A stretch of 63,837 nt of DNA, counting the filler, from Lenisia limosa (Eukaryota; Protista; Breviatea), in NCBI GenBank assembly GCA_001655205.1. It is 7 parts of 7 records of this genome, joined end to end, with 100 filler letters (N's around TTAATTAATTAA, not from the genome) between each part and the next. Parts side by side here need not be neighbours in the genome. Positions count along the whole stretch, not along the records: positions 32,816 to 42,130 come from LPNZ01011352.1; positions 42,231 to 52,434 come from LPNZ01005212.1; 5 more parts are not named here. The stretch is one strand, 5' to 3'. The notes below the pieces were generated by a model. It was given only the letters and a program-made list of their open reading frames with translations, was not told where the DNA came from and did not search any database. A program made the position numbers and the translations under genes. Numbering within the stretch: position 1 is the stretch's first letter; every line of letters starts with the position of its first letter. Below are positions 33,050 through 47,208 of this stretch, in pieces.

Positions 33050-36000
33050 TCGGCCAACCTGGAGGGCCGAGTCAGCGCCGAAAGCAGATGAGGCTCTTTC
33101 ACGGTAGGCTTGGAACTGAGAGGTAAATATTCAAGATTGAATTTGGAAAATATGGGATTTTGAAGAAATAGGGGAAGACTACCCCCGCTGCCATATTAGA
33201 GAGACTACCTCCGCTGCCATATTAGAGAGAAAAAAAAACAGATATTACTACTATATACACGAACATAAATCCTGACAAGGATATTGAGCCGTATCTTTCT
33301 TCAGTCAACCGTGTCAAAACTTATCGCGGTCGCTGTATTTAATTTTGTTTTGCAACCCCCCTCCCCCAACCTCTGCCTTCAGTTTTTCAATGTCTTCAAG
33401 AAGAATCTGGGCTTGTAAGAAAAAAGCGTGAAAAAAATAATAATATAAATCAATGAATTCCACATAAAGAAGGGCTTTTCAAATAAGGAAGGTCTCATAT
33501 GAGGAAGATTTCATAAAAGGAAGGTCTTTTCACATAAGGAAGGTTTCCAACCCGTTCTCGTGCCTCAGCGGATGACAAGGCAGCTGCAATTTGATAAGCC
33601 TCATCCTTGCGTGCTTTTGCGTTTTCTTCACTTTGAACAGCCGATTGCTTGGTCTGGGGGAGGAGTGCGTTAAGGGACACACAGAAACCCCCTTTTACGC
33701 CAACGTTCTTCATCGAAATTTCCTTCGTTTTTCTCCCCAGCCTTCCCCCATCCCCCAACTTTGAGCAATAAGGCTTTCAGTTTTTTAACTTTGTCGGCTG
33801 CGGACTTGTCAGTTGCGGCACTNNNNNNNNNNNNNNNNNNNNNNNNNNNNNNNNNNNNNNNNNNNNNNNNNNNNNNNNNNNNNNNNNNNNNNNNNNNNNN
33901 NNNNNNNNNNNNNNNNNNNNNNNNNNNNNNNNNNNNNNNNNNNNNNNNNNNNNNNAACAAAAAAACAGCCCAAAATCAACTTTGTTGGCTAGCAACACAC
34001 GAAGTAAAATACTATTTTTGACTTGAAAACAAAAGACAAAAACAAAACCCTGAGGTAACACAAAGAATCAAACTGTTAAGAGTCAGTGAGAGTAGGGTCC
34101 CCATCCTTTATCCATCTCTTCAACATGAAATATATAAATGACTACCCCCCCCCCCCNNNNNNNNNNTGCTCTGGGCTTCGGCCTCCTTTTCTGCTTGCGC
34201 CTGCGCCATGTTTTCGCGTAGTTCAGCAAGTTGTGCGGCTGTTGATTGTACCGCTTCTTCAGCTGCCGTAGCCTGGGGGGGGGGGGGGGGNNNNNNNNNN
34301 NNNNNNNNNNNNNNNNNNNNNNNNNNNNNNNNNNNNNNNNNNNNNNNNNNNNNNNNNNNNNNNNNNNNNNNNNNNNNNNNNNNNNNNNNNNNNNNNNNNN
34401 NNNNNNNNNNNNNNNNNNNNNCAACTCTGCTGGCTAGAACACAAAGGTTGAAAACAAACCAGGCCAGTCGCTTGTCATGATGCTATTGTATAATATGTGT
34501 AGATGAGAAATGTCTGGCCAAACCTGTCTACAAATAGAATATCATACAATTAATAACTCCTCCTGGATACCTTGGATAAGGCCGTTTCTCGTTGCTCATC
34601 CGACTCTTTTTTCAGCCGTTTCAGCTCCTCATGCTCGGTTTCTAGAACCTACAGAAGATGAAAATTGCACACATATTAAAACTGGGTAGACAGCTCATTA
34701 GCTAATCATGACATTTCACCATAAAAGAAAGATTGCATTCCATATAAGGAAGGTATCCTCACCTCATGGAGGCTCTTGAGCCCTGCTGTTTCATTTCGGG
34801 ATTTTTCGAGGTCACGGGTAGCGGAGGCAGCTTCATCGGTTGCAGCAGACAGCTCAGACTTGTTCAAGTCGAGATCCGCGCGAAGGGTGGAGACCTACGG
34901 GGATTATTAGCGGGGAAATATGTTGTATCATGAGCATTTCTCATTTGATTTTTTGGGCAAATTAAAGAATTTTTAAAATATAATGAGTTGGAGGAATAGC
35001 AGTGTCTATGCTCAGTATTACCCCCTCCCTCTCCCCACGTCGGAAGCCACGGAAGACAACTCGGTCTGGGCCGCACTAAGTTCCGACACCTTTGCCGAGA
35101 TAGTGGACTGAGCATCGGCAAGTTGCCGGGTAAGGTCGGCAAGGGACGACTGGGCTTCCGACAAGCTGGCTTCGAGTTCCGCCTCATTGTCCGCAGTCGA
35201 GGCCGCTTTTTGGTGCGCTGCTTCGGCGGCTCGGAGTTGGAAGGAGGCCTCCTGAATTTCGTCGTTTGCGTTTTCCAGGCCTTTCCGAAGGGTTTCAACG
35301 TCGCGTTCAAGAGACTGGATTTTTTGTGCTTGTGCTGTGAGCTAGATGAAGTCAGAAAACCATTAAGTGGAACGAATACGAAAGGACGGTCAGATCCATC
35401 AAATTATGAAGAAAAGAGTCACCTCATCCGTTTAGTCTTTTCCTTTGCTTTAATAATAATACCTCCCCACATACACACTGGTTTTTTCATCCATTACCGN
35501 NNNNNNNNNNNNNNNNNNNNNNNNNNNNNNNNNNNNNNNNNNNNNNNNNNNNNNNNNNNNNNNNNNNNNNNNNNNNNNNNNNNNNNNNNNNNNNNNNNNN
35601 NNNNNNNNTTAGATACTGCGAGTTCACTTTCAGCAGACTTGGCCTCCAGTTCCGCCTGTGATGTTGTGATGTTATTTTTGGGTTTTTTGTGATGTGTCTG
35701 TGTGAGGAGGCTTCAGCTGGTCCAAAAAAAGCCAGATAATATTGGTACTATTTATCAAGAATAAGTGAACCTCTCAGTTATAATGACAACAGGCAAATAA
35801 AATATCATCGATACGTACTGAGAGCTTACGAGAATTCAATGTTTTTGTACAGCCGATGTTAAATCCATGAACTGCCGCACCAGCAGCTGGAAGCGTATCT
35901 CCCCCTCCCCTCTCATAAAATCTGATTATCCACACACATCCCTCCCCATACAGCAGCCTCCCCCAACCTGAAGTGAAGCAATCTCTCCCTCGCGAGCCAA

Positions 36001-39000
36001 ATTTGAACTGGTAGACTCCCTGATTTCTGCCTCCCTCATTTCGTGATCATGGATCGCGGCTTCTAGATCGCTAATACGACTACGCGAATCCTGACGCTCA
36101 CGCGCAAGCATTGTCTTGACCTTTTTGATCTTGAGTTCGTCAGCTGCCTTGGCGTCGGTAAGCTCGGTGACTTCATCCTTTAAACGCACAACCTCGGCCG
36201 CGACATTTTCAGCCGAGTCGGCTACGGGTTGCAAGTTAGCGATCAGCTGCCGTGCCGACATTAACTTGGACTCCGTCTCTTCAAGGTCGACATCGCGGGC
36301 TTTTAGGGCATTATTGAGGGTTTGAATCGTTTCAGCCGCTTCAGTCGCCATGGTTGACAAGGCGTCAAGCTCAGAACGCGCATCTGCTAACTGCGTATTG
36401 CTGAAGGCGAGGCTTTCCTGGAGTGCCTGGTTTGCCACGGCTGCCTTCTCCGCTGACTCCACCGCCTGTTCACGAGCGTTAATAAGGTCCGCAGTTTTGG
36501 CTTTTTTATCGGCACGGAGTTCGGTAAGTTCGCTGTCCATATTTGTAATACGTTGCTGAAGTTCTGAAACAGTTTCAGCCGCGGAATGAGCCACTTCCAA
36601 TGTTTGGGCTTCTACAGCTTCTGTTTTCGCGCGCTCGTTTTCAAGGTCTTCTTGACAGGTCTTTAGGACTCGAATATGGTCGTTGATGACGTCCTCGGCC
36701 TCCTTCTGGGCGTGAATTGCAGCGGCATTTTCCTCATTCAGTTTGTGGATTGTCTCAGTGTGTTCGCTTATCTCCTTTTGGAGTTCATCAACCTTCTTTT
36801 GCGCCTTAGTTAACTTAGCTTCGAATTCAGAAGCGTCTTCAGCGTTCTTCATGACTTCGTCAACCTGGCTTGAAGCCTCCTCTAAAAGGGCCACCGCATT
36901 GTCCCTTTCCTTCTCCAACGCTTCGATTATCTGCTTGTCGGCCTTAGCCTGCCCCTTCGAGTCATTTGTTAGCTTCTCGACCAGGGTCTTAGCCGCTTCC
37001 AACTCCACAAGCATTTCTTTAGACTGTCCCTCAAACTCCTTAACCGCATCCTCCTTCACAGAGGCGTCTTGCTGTGCGTTTACGAGTTCTAATTTGGTGG
37101 CGGCGAGGTTCTGAGAAGCATCATCAAGTTCCCGCTGGAGGGATATAAGCTGGCTGCTCAGAGTGGTCTTCTCGTTGTTCAGGTCGTTAAAACGGCCTTC
37201 CTGCTCCTTCAACTTCTTCTCATGTTCTTCTGATTCCTTCATTATCTTTCTCAACTTCAACATAAGCTGTTTCTTAATCTTGGTATGTTCTTCTTCATTC
37301 TTCGTTAACTCTTCCTTCAGGTCATCAACCTTCTTTTCTGCCTCTTCTTGAGCCTTTTTCTGTCCCATAGACTTTTCGCTCATCTTACTTCCATCTTCTT
37401 CAAGTGCCCTGAGCTTTTCCTCCAAGTCTTGCCGTTGTTGCTCACTTTCTTCAAGCTTCATATCACATTCTTTCACTGTGGTTTCCAATTCCTTGAGGGC
37501 CACAGAATGGTTGGTCTCAACGGTATTAAACTCAGCTGTCTTGTCCTCCAGACTTTGTTCCAGCAAGGTGACAGCAGATTCCAGAGATTGAACCTTTTCA
37601 TTGAGGACAGTTCGGGTTTCAAGGTCTTCCCCTGCACTTTTAAGTTCAGTCTTCTGCTTCTGAAGCTCATCATTCTTTTCTTTGAGCTCATCAAACCTTG
37701 CCATCAGTATTTGTTCACGGCTTTCATTTTCGGCTTGTTTGTTGTCCAAGGTTCCAGCTCGGGTTTCCAAATTGACCTCATTTTCGCTGAGTGCCTTTTG
37801 ACGATCGACCAGATCCTGAAGGGATAACCTCAACTCCTCTTCTTGCGTGGCCTTTTCGTCGTTCCACTTGCTTTGGGATAACTGAAACTCCTCTAACTTT
37901 GCCATTTGCTCTTGCTTAAATGTTTCAGCCTCTTCCACAAGAGAAGCATGATCTTCTTCCTTCTTTTTCAATTCTGTTTCGGTCGCCTCCACTTCTTTTC
38001 TCAAACCTTCAAGATCATTTAATTGATCCGCCAACTTCTTTTCGTGGCCAGTGATTTCTTCTTCCGCCTCCAGCAGCCTCTTCTTTAACCCGTCAACATC
38101 CCCAATTTCCTCAGTCAACTTGCGCAGTTCTTCAGCATGGGCCTCGGAAGCACTGGATAAGTTCTCTTGGGTTTTAGTCTCCAGATCTGTGATCGCCGTA
38201 TTGGCTTTTTGAAGCTCTTCCTCAACTTCTGCACGTTGTTGTTTAAGTTGGTCAATGACACCCTTCATCACTTCAAGCTTCTTCACGGACTTCGCCTCCT
38301 TCTTTTCGACCTCATCTTTTTCTTCTTCAATCTTCTTCTTCTGATTGACTGCGTCTTCAAGGCAACCTGTCACCTTTTGAAGTTCTTCACTCTGCTTAAC
38401 CAACTGCTCTTGAGCAGCCCTGACCTCAATCTTCGCAGCACTCAGATCTTCGAGGGCTTTCACAGTGACCTCCTGGGAACTGGTTGAGAGCTCGGCAATT
38501 TGGGTATCGCAGTCCTTCTTTTGAGCCATCAACTCAGCGTGGGTTTTCTTCTGGCTTTCAAGGTCTTCCAGAGCTTGTTGAAGTTGTGAAGTTTTGCTCT
38601 CGAGATTGTGACTGAGATCAAGGTTTTCTGCAGTGACCTCTTCGAATTTAATGTTAAGACTGTTGACGGTTTTTTGAGACTCCACATTCAGTTCATCAAA
38701 TTGAGAAGAAATGGACCTTTGCTCTTCTTCAGCATGGACCTTCTCTTCGATTGCCCTTTCAAGCTCGCTATTGAGGAAGTTCTTTTCTTCTTCGAGTTGC
38801 GTAAACGATTCCTTTCCAACCATTGATGTTTTAACTTCCTCTTCAAAAGTCATCATCTCCTCCTTCAACTTTTCGCACCTTTCATTACTCTGTCGAAGGC
38901 TCTCAGAAATCTCAACAATCTCAGCTTCCATCTCAGCTGCTCTAACAACAAGTTGTCGCTTGGTGCTACTTAAAACAATATTATCCTCTTCTGTGGCATA

Positions 39001-41850
39001 AATCTCCTCCTCCATGATAATCATTTTTTCCTTAGTTCTGTACTTCTCCTTCTCTAAGCGAGCAACATCACTTCGCAGACTTTCACAGGTGGCTTCTGAA
39101 GCTGATAAGTTGCCAGAAGTGGCAATGACGTCGGCTTCCAAGGTGCCTAATCGGGCAAGTACCGCTTCGATCTTGGTCTGATAATGTTCAGCCTCAGCCT
39201 GGTGGGAGTCCTTCATGTCCGCAAGTGACTGTTCTGCTAACCCAGCACGTTGTGTGAGAAGCTCAACTTCGGCAAAGTGCTCCGGCGGCGCAATCATTGA
39301 TTCTTCCATCAAGCGAGTTTCATCACGGATCTGCGTGATCTCGAGTTCGTGAGCCTCGCGCTCGGATTCCAGTTTTGCTTCAAACTCATTACTAAGACGA
39401 GTCATTGCGTCATCAAGCTTCGTGGTTACTTCAGTGATTTTTTGATGGGATGTTTGTTGCGTTTCATGATGTTTCTGCTTTGCAATCACCAAGTCTTCTT
39501 CCTTCTGTTTGATCATCTCGGAAAGGGACTTAATCTCGCTATCCTTCTTCTTTAGTATCTCATCAACCTCTTTATTACCCTTCATCAATTGTTGTTCTTC
39601 ATCCTCCTTCTTCTTTATGTCTTCCATTGCTTCCAACAGTTCATCCTCCTTTTTCTGTAATTGTTCTTTGACTTCATCAAGTTCTTCCTTCTTCTTCTTT
39701 ATTGCTTCCTTCGATTCTTCAATTTCTTCTTCCTTCTTCTTCAACTCTTCCTTGACTTTCTCACATTCTTCCTCCTTCATCTTCTTCTCTCGATTCACAA
39801 CTTCCAACCCTTCCTCACATTCAACCTGCTTCTGCCTCAGTTCTTCTTTCAAATCTTCTTCTTTCTTTTTCTGTTCTCTAACCTCCAGAAGTTCTTCAAC
39901 CTTCCTCTGTATCTCTTCTGACTTACACTGGATGTTACCATTCAAAATTTCAATTTCAGATTCCTGGCTTGACTCTTTTTCCCTTGACTCCTTCAATTTC
40001 AACTCTAAAGCTTCGACGAGGGCTGTTTTGTCTTCAAGAGCCGATGATAGTTTACCAGTTTCCTCCTGGGAGGTTTTCTTGACGTCTTCCAGTTTGGTTG
40101 AACTTGTGAGAAGTTCATCCTTAGCGTTAACCAGTTCGGCTGATACAGCCTCTAGTTTTAACCCTTGGGCCTGGAGCTTTTTGTCTTTCTCGGTAAGTTT
40201 AATGACAAGAGCTTCTTGGTCGTCCTTAGAGCCCACAGTAAGAGTCTCGACCTGCTGGTTGAGAAGATTGATTTCGTCATGTGCCTTCGAAAGGTTTTCG
40301 GAACATTCCTTCAAATTGGCTGCGAGCGTATCGGAAGATAATTCAAGTGACGACTTCTCTGCCTCAAGTGCTTCAATTGCGGCTTGATGTTCCGAATGGG
40401 TCTTCTCAAGAGCTTCTTCATGATGCTTCTCAATATCTCCAACCAGTTCCACGTGGCCAGCTTCGAGGTTATGGGCTAAATCCTCGATTCCATTCTCATG
40501 GTCCTCTTTAATCTTCTCCAAGACCTCCTTGTGATCCTCTTTCAATTTCTCCTTTTCGTCCTCGTGAAAGTCTCGAGCCTTCTCAAGTTCCTTTCTAAGC
40601 TCCTCCCTCTCGCTTTCAAAATCATCTCTCAGCTTATTCATTTCTTCAATTCTGCTTGCAGCCTCAATCTTGACCTCGTCCAATTTCTTCTCAAGTTCTT
40701 CGTTTTCACGAGTGGCATTTTGAATTTGCTCAGCATGCTGCTTCTGAAGGTCAGCAATTGAAGCATCAAAAGCCTCCCTCATTTTCCCTATGCCCTCCTC
40801 CATCCCGGTGACGGTCGTCATACTGGCGTTTTGCACCGTTTGAACTGATTCTTTGAGGGCTTCAATCACCGTCTCTGAATTTTTGACCTCGGCTTCAAGC
40901 AAATCCGCTCGCTGCTTGGCTTGCTCATAGTCCTGAATCAAAATTTTGCGTTCTTCTTCTTTTGACGATTGCACTTCCTCCATTGCAGCAATTTCATCTT
41001 GGGCATCTTTCGTGTCCTTTTTTAATTGTTCACAGGTCGCTTCCAAGGTTTTAAAGGCCTCCGCTGCTGAATTTAGCTCGGATTTGACAACTGCCAGTTC
41101 ATCTGCTTTGGCAGTTAGGTCCAGTTCACTTTGATCACGTGTTGCAACCTGGAGTGCTTCGAGTTCTATGATTCGGTCTTGCATTTCCTGGGTTTGTGTG
41201 GATGGATTTTGCGCTTCAGCCTCGGTCAGTTTTGCTTTGAGTTCATTGCTCTCTTCCTATTGTGGAGTTAGACACAAATAAAGGTCATGCATTAGGCTAG
41301 ACCCGGTAACACTAACAACCAGATTGCATAGGGTATAGATAAATGTTATCTGCACCAAGAATGTCGAAATCAAACAATAACTTATGAAATTTCAGAGTAT
41401 TCGAATTATGAATAATGATTATGTGAGGCTTTATGGTGAGTATTGTCTCCATTTTATCATTCATGGCTTTACTTTCAGGAACAAAAAAGACAGCATTACT
41501 CCATTCACAATATTCAAAATGTTATATTAAACCCATAGTGATGCTATCCTTCTTTGGATAGAAAGGAAATTCCTTATCAGAATCTTTATTTAAAGAAACT
41601 TATTTTTAATAAACATGTACTCATTGAAACACCACCAAGAGGTAACAGACAACAACCAACAAAATCCCCAACCTGTGTTTTGGTTAGTAGTAGTTTGAGC
41701 TTTTTAGCCTTGACTTTAAAATCCTTAAAATTGGCTTCCGAGGCTTCTAATTTGTCTTGAAGAGCCTATATGGATGTAAAAATACAGATGTTTAATGAAG
41801 GGAAATTTCAGATCTGGAACTTCACTGCAATTTTGAACAGCTTACTCTGA
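33050..41850 (-). CDS. Giant coiled-coil protein (>2000 aa), probable GCC185/GCC2-like golgin; C-terminus not seen
   Basis: One 5289-bp exon (35968-41256) of uninterrupted E/K/L-rich heptads plus short flanking exons. VKKLKALLLKTKQ and FQAYRERA resemble GCC185 KIKQLLVKTKK and FESYKVRV (recalled). No GRIP domain is visible, so the orthology is inference. Confidence 0.8.
33177..33228 (+). repeat. 26-bp tandem duplication in an intron
   Basis: GACTACC(C/T)CCGCTGCCATATTAGAGA occurs twice. Confidence 0.9.
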
Positions 41851-42319
41851 CTTGCCAACCCCCCTAAGGTCTTTTTTTTGTTATAGTATTATATATTTAC
41901 AGTGTATTTTATATATCACATAGTATGCATTAAGAAGAGGGACGAACCAAACGTGAAAAAACAATGTTAATAAAACATCCCACCCACCCTCTCACCCAAA
42001 TATACCTTTATCAAACCCATAACTTCTAAATAAAAATATATAATATTTCAAAAAATATTCAAGATGCTTGGTTTTTTATTGTATAATCTCACCCTCCCCC
42101 ACTTTACAATCTTCCTCCCGCTTGTTGAGCNNNNNNNNNNNNNNNNNNNNNNNNNNNNNNNNNNNNNNNNNNNNTTAATTAATTAANNNNNNNNNNNNNN
42201 NNNNNNNNNNNNNNNNNNNNNNNNNNNNNNGGATTTATCAAATTTCAAAAGATCAATAAGGTCAGTTCAGTTCTGGAAATATCATTTGTATAGCTGTATT
42301 TTATCCTCCATTTTACTCA

Positions 42320-45300
42320 ACTAGTTGACAAATGCTCGTCGTCAGGAGTATGTGAATCGGGATGGTGTGGCAGCTTGATACAGTGCAGCAACGGGTGTGT
42401 TGACGTCATGTCCGATGCTGCTCACTGTGGGAGGCTTGGAAATATATAGGGCTCCGTGATATCATTGACAAATTAATTTCAAATTTTGACGAGGGACATA
42501 TTGTAACGAGAACCCCATTTCAGACACTTTATTTTCAAATTTTGTCAATTATTTTCCTCAAGAAATAATTGCGAGTAATAACGAATACCTAATCAATTAA
42601 TATGAGACGTTGGCCCTAGCTTTATCGTCGTAATTAACCACCAAGGCGGAGGGTGCGAAAACAGCTGCTCAGCTGGGGGTGGATGTCTCGAAGGATCTTG
42701 GTTGGAGGGCTGGTTTTGATGGGACTTTACAGTGACTTTAACGATTACCTTCCCAACGAAATTTTCCCGAAGGGTCATTTTAGTGGCTTCGTTGATTTTT
42801 GGAAATTTTTCATCCGATTTTGGGTTTTGTTTTTGTTCTTTATCGAAAATTACGCTGGAGTGATGGGATGCGGTGCTGCAGAANNNNNNNNNNNNNNNNN
42901 NNNNNNNNNNNNNNNNNNNNCTGGGGTTTTGTTTTTGTTTCACCAATTTACAAATTTTACCCCCCACACACACAATAGTGTCACGTGCCTGGTATCAGAG
43001 TCGTTTTGCCCATCAGGCTGCTCGGACCTTCTCACCAACACCACCAACTGTGGAGTCTGCGACAACAGCTGTGCGGATGGCGAAACCTGCTTCAATGGCG
43101 CATGGTGCGACGGGATATTTGGTCTAATGGTTTTTCAATGCGTTTTACTGTGTGATCATATATGATATAATATATATATTGTACCAGTTTGAAACAGTCA
43201 AGGTCAAGACTTAGCGTTATCCAAACATATTAATACCAAGCTATGCGCTGTATTTTCTCCAACCCTAAGAACACTATTATCTGAGATATAATCCTTGGAT
43301 TGGGTGTTTTAGACGTTTTTTACTTTATGTATGCACTGTTTCTTGGCAATTTAGGACTTTTGAGCCTATTTTGACCACCTTCAGCAAAGTCAAACGTGAG
43401 ATGGGATGGGGCTATCTTTGAGATAATCACAAGTGACATTGTTTCCACTTGAATAAAGGTATAGGAATCCTATTAAGCCATCCATACCATCTCTTAAGTG
43501 CTTATCAAACTGTTTCTTATCCCCATGTTATCACGTTGTCTTTAATACCATTTGACATCATGTGTATGTTCCCATTTTCTTTTAATTAAATGAGCCGTTT
43601 GTTTCCTGATACTCCTTTAACTTATCAGAACAATGCTCCTCTGCTCCCGGTACCATCTACGCAACGCCCATATGGAGCCCCCCTTATTACACAGGAGACG
43701 TGGGAGAGGGGGGGGGGGGGTATGAAAGATCATATCCNNNNNNNNNNNNNNNNNNNNNNNNNNNNNNNNNNCCACTCGTGTGATATTTGACCACTTCGCT
43801 CAGCATTTCGACTCGAAAGTCAGCCATAGCACTAGTGAATATGGGGAAACCAATTATATTTGATTTTCTAATGTGACTTCAATCATTTGACTTTTGTTTT
43901 GCCTATTCCTCACCAACACAGGTTATCACTGGAACTTGTAAAGAAGCCAGTGTCAGATACCCTTACCAAATTTCTGCCACATGTAGTGATACCGGAAACT
44001 GGTCAAACAAGCTCTACTGTAAAGGTAATGGCTGTGATGAATTGTAACCTGCTTTTACAACCTTTCAGTGTGTTACAAGTTTTTTGAAGTTAAAATTTCC
44101 CCTCTAACTGTTGAAGTCGGTTGCAATGCGATTGATGGAATTATTGGCCTAACAAGTAACTGTACATCAGGAGTGGCACCAGAATCGGTTAGTGGCATCA
44201 GGGGTGGCACCAGGATCGGTTTACTAGATGACCGTTCATCATTTTTAGACACTGTAATACTGATATAGAAGTCAACACATTCAAATCTGTTTTTGATTAC
44301 AACAGAATAATCTTGAGTTTTGAGAAAAATGCAGACATTTCTCTACAAAGAAATACTGTTTCTTTGTCCTCAGACTTGAATTAAAACCGCAGATTTGCAC
44401 AGTCGGCTGTCCCAGCGACCAAGTTTACATTGATGAAAGCATCACCATGGTTGAGTGCATGCAAAACAATCCTTGCTACTACTCGCATAACGTTGGCGGT
44501 ATCTGTGGAGGTATGTGAGGTTTCCGCTTCTTCTGTCTCAGGTACAGTATCCTCCAATGATTTTTACACTCACAGCACAATATGTCTCCTTATTATGGAT
44601 ACCTTAAAATGGTTTATACTGTTTGAATCTGAAATCCTGAAGAAACCCTTTATTATTTAAGTTTATTATGCTTCAAAATGTAATGTTGTATTGACATCTA
44701 TCAGAACAATGTACAATCCCAGCTGCATTGACGACAAACTCTTCGTTTGTCTGCAACAAGCCCCTTGTCGATGAGAAGGCGTGGCCTCTTGACGTGAGAG
44801 AGTGATACCATATATAGCTACATATCATATACATATTACATGTATATCATATATCATATCATATATACATAACATCTACTATGATAAATGCCAGATTGTG
44901 TTCTCTGATAAATCCACAGTCTAATAAATATTATGTTTCCTTTTTGTAAATTTCTATTGTGGCTTTTTTAATGATTTCATAAATTACATTCTTCACCCTG
45001 TAGACCTGTGTCCAAACCTGTGATGTGGGATTCACGTTCAATGGAGAAGACTCTGTCAGTTCTCGAGGATGCTCAGGCGGTACACTTAGCTCTGCCACAT
45101 GTATCCGTAGTAAGCTTTTGGTCAACTGTTTTCTGTTTTCATTCCATGTTGCCTTTGTTTTCTGTTTTTCTTCTTTTGACTCAATTATGTTTCGGAGTTA
45201 AATAAAAATTCTCATTGACTGAAAAGCATTCAGTTGATATCAGGATATATCTCTAGTATACTAAATTACAGTTGTTTTATTTTTGCATAGCCAAGCCAAT

Positions 45301-46363
45301 TTCTGTGTTGGTACCCTGCTTTGACCTTCCAGCATGCTCCGCCCCGGCCTTCTCATTCACCACCGGTTACTCCACTTCCGACCTTTTGGACGGTCACGTG
45401 ATTTCCGTGAAGTGCGCGCCCGGCTACGTGTACGAAAGTGGCAGCTTGATAATTGCGTGTAACGTGAGAGGTGCTATGTGCAGTGTGCTCTTGTATTGAA
45501 AATCACTTACTACTCCTTAACACTCTTTCCAGACTATAAATTCTAGTTCTTTTCCAACTTGTCTCTCAAGTGGCCTATTCACGCCCCACTTTAGAACGGA
45601 GTCTGGAACACAACTGCAGCAGTCTGCAAACCTGAGGAGGAGCCCCCTGCATCTAGCACCACCGATGACAATACTGAGGATGTGGTTGGAGGGACTAAAT
45701 TGTGTTCCACCGTCACTATGGGTATCAACAAGAGGGAAACTGAAAATTCCAAAGATGATAACTGTGGGGTTAATTTTGGACGCTTTAATGAATCTGGCTC
45801 TTTTTTTCTTTGCACAATGTGTATTACATGCACTAATTGGTTGAACTTTTCCAGTAGAGAACTAGTTTCCTAGGGGGTCATAGAATTCTCCCATTTGGGC
45901 ATATTTTATCTATGCATTTCTGGCATTTTATTAGCAGTGCAATTTGGACCCTCCCTCGTGTATACTCAGCCTCATTTCTCACATGTCACAGGATCTTGAA
46001 AGCTCAGAGACTGATGACGAGGGAGTACCTGTCGTTTATGTGGCTGCTGGTATGTTGAATTCGATACACAGTGACCGGGAGGATAAGTCTTGAACTATTT
46101 TCCTTGGAGTAAAGCGGTCAACACTTATCCTGGCCTCTGTGTTTACCCGATAATCACTAGTCGCCCCTCCCAATACCCAAACATCTCCTCTCTCATTTCT
46201 CTGTTACCCCAACCCAAGTTTATCCCGAACCCGTTTCTCGTTTTCCCATTAACACCATTCAGGCATTGTTACGGTCGGAATTCTGGGGTCCGCTGCAGCC
46301 GTTGCTATGAAGTCTGGGAAGTCAGGCAGCAAGAAGAAGATGGAGTTTAAGTGGGACGGGTAG
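42320..46363 (+). CDS. Cys-rich type I cell-surface protein with STIG1-like and sushi/CCP-like modules; 5' end probably beyond the contig edge
   Basis: GCVDVMSDAAHCG and GCSDLLTNTTNCGVCDNSCADGETC (STIG1-like); ISATCSDTGNWSNKLYC, TCVQTCDVGFTFNG and VISVKCAPGYVYESG..IACNVR-NGVWNTTAAVC (sushi-like); acidic stalk; TM VPVVYVAAGIVTVGILGSAAAVAM; tail KSGKSGSKKKMEFKWDG-TAG. Confidence 0.75.
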
Positions 46364-47208
46364 TTATATTTTTTTTTGATTTGCTTGTTTTGTTTTAATG
46401 TTGATGAATATGGGATGAGGAATGACGTCATTTTACATGATATCACTTCTCACGGTAGAAATCTTTATGAGTAATGTATGAGTTGTAAACAGCTTCTTGG
46501 TTTATTGGGACTTGTCAAAACCAACGTTTTGGCGTGTAATAATAAATGACGATTGAAACAACTTCATATTCTAAGCTGACTTCGTCTAGTGATTTTGAAA
46601 TGGACAAACCTAGTACTGCGGATGGTGGCATGACCACAAATCCCTCCACTATGACCCTTGTCTAGCCTTGTCTTGCTTATTTGTTTCATAATTTTTTTTT
46701 ATATGTGTTTCGGAGCATGGATGAATGTAAAGGACAAGTTGTTTGGGTTAGTTGAAATTCTATAGGTTGAAAATAAAAGCAATTCATAGAAAAAGTTGTA
46801 GTTTGAATTGACCCCCTACCGATGCTGCTTTCGATTACTGGCGGAAACAATTCACTTAATTTGCTTGAAAACGATCAAGTCTGGTGTCAGAAATTCACTG
46901 CCAACCTACATACCACCCCAACAGCAGAAAATTTTACGAGTCCCCCCAAAACTCTCCTTCTTTTCTACCAGAGCGAATGCAGAATCAAGACAAAGCCACG
47001 TGATTCGAAGTGAAAATCACCAGCGAATGAAAATACAAAATGCACTCACACAAATCATCCTCTTCGCGTAATGACGAACACAATACCAGTAACTACGATA
47101 AAAAGTCGGCAGAGATTTGTATAGAACCGAGTGCGTTGAAGGCCTTAATTCGGGCCTACATCAATGATATAGTCTTCATTGACAGAAAAACGAAAGTATT
47201 AAATGATG

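Noticed and set aside
33268-33290. Possible U12-type AT-AC donor (ATATCCTTG) in the giant coiled-coil gene
   Set aside because: Imperfect consensus, no matching branch site or AC acceptor found, and the local exon frame could not be resolved.
36116-41134. Numerous plus-strand Ser/Phe-rich ORFs (up to 292 aa)
   Set aside because: They are antisense shadows of the E/K-rich giant exon.
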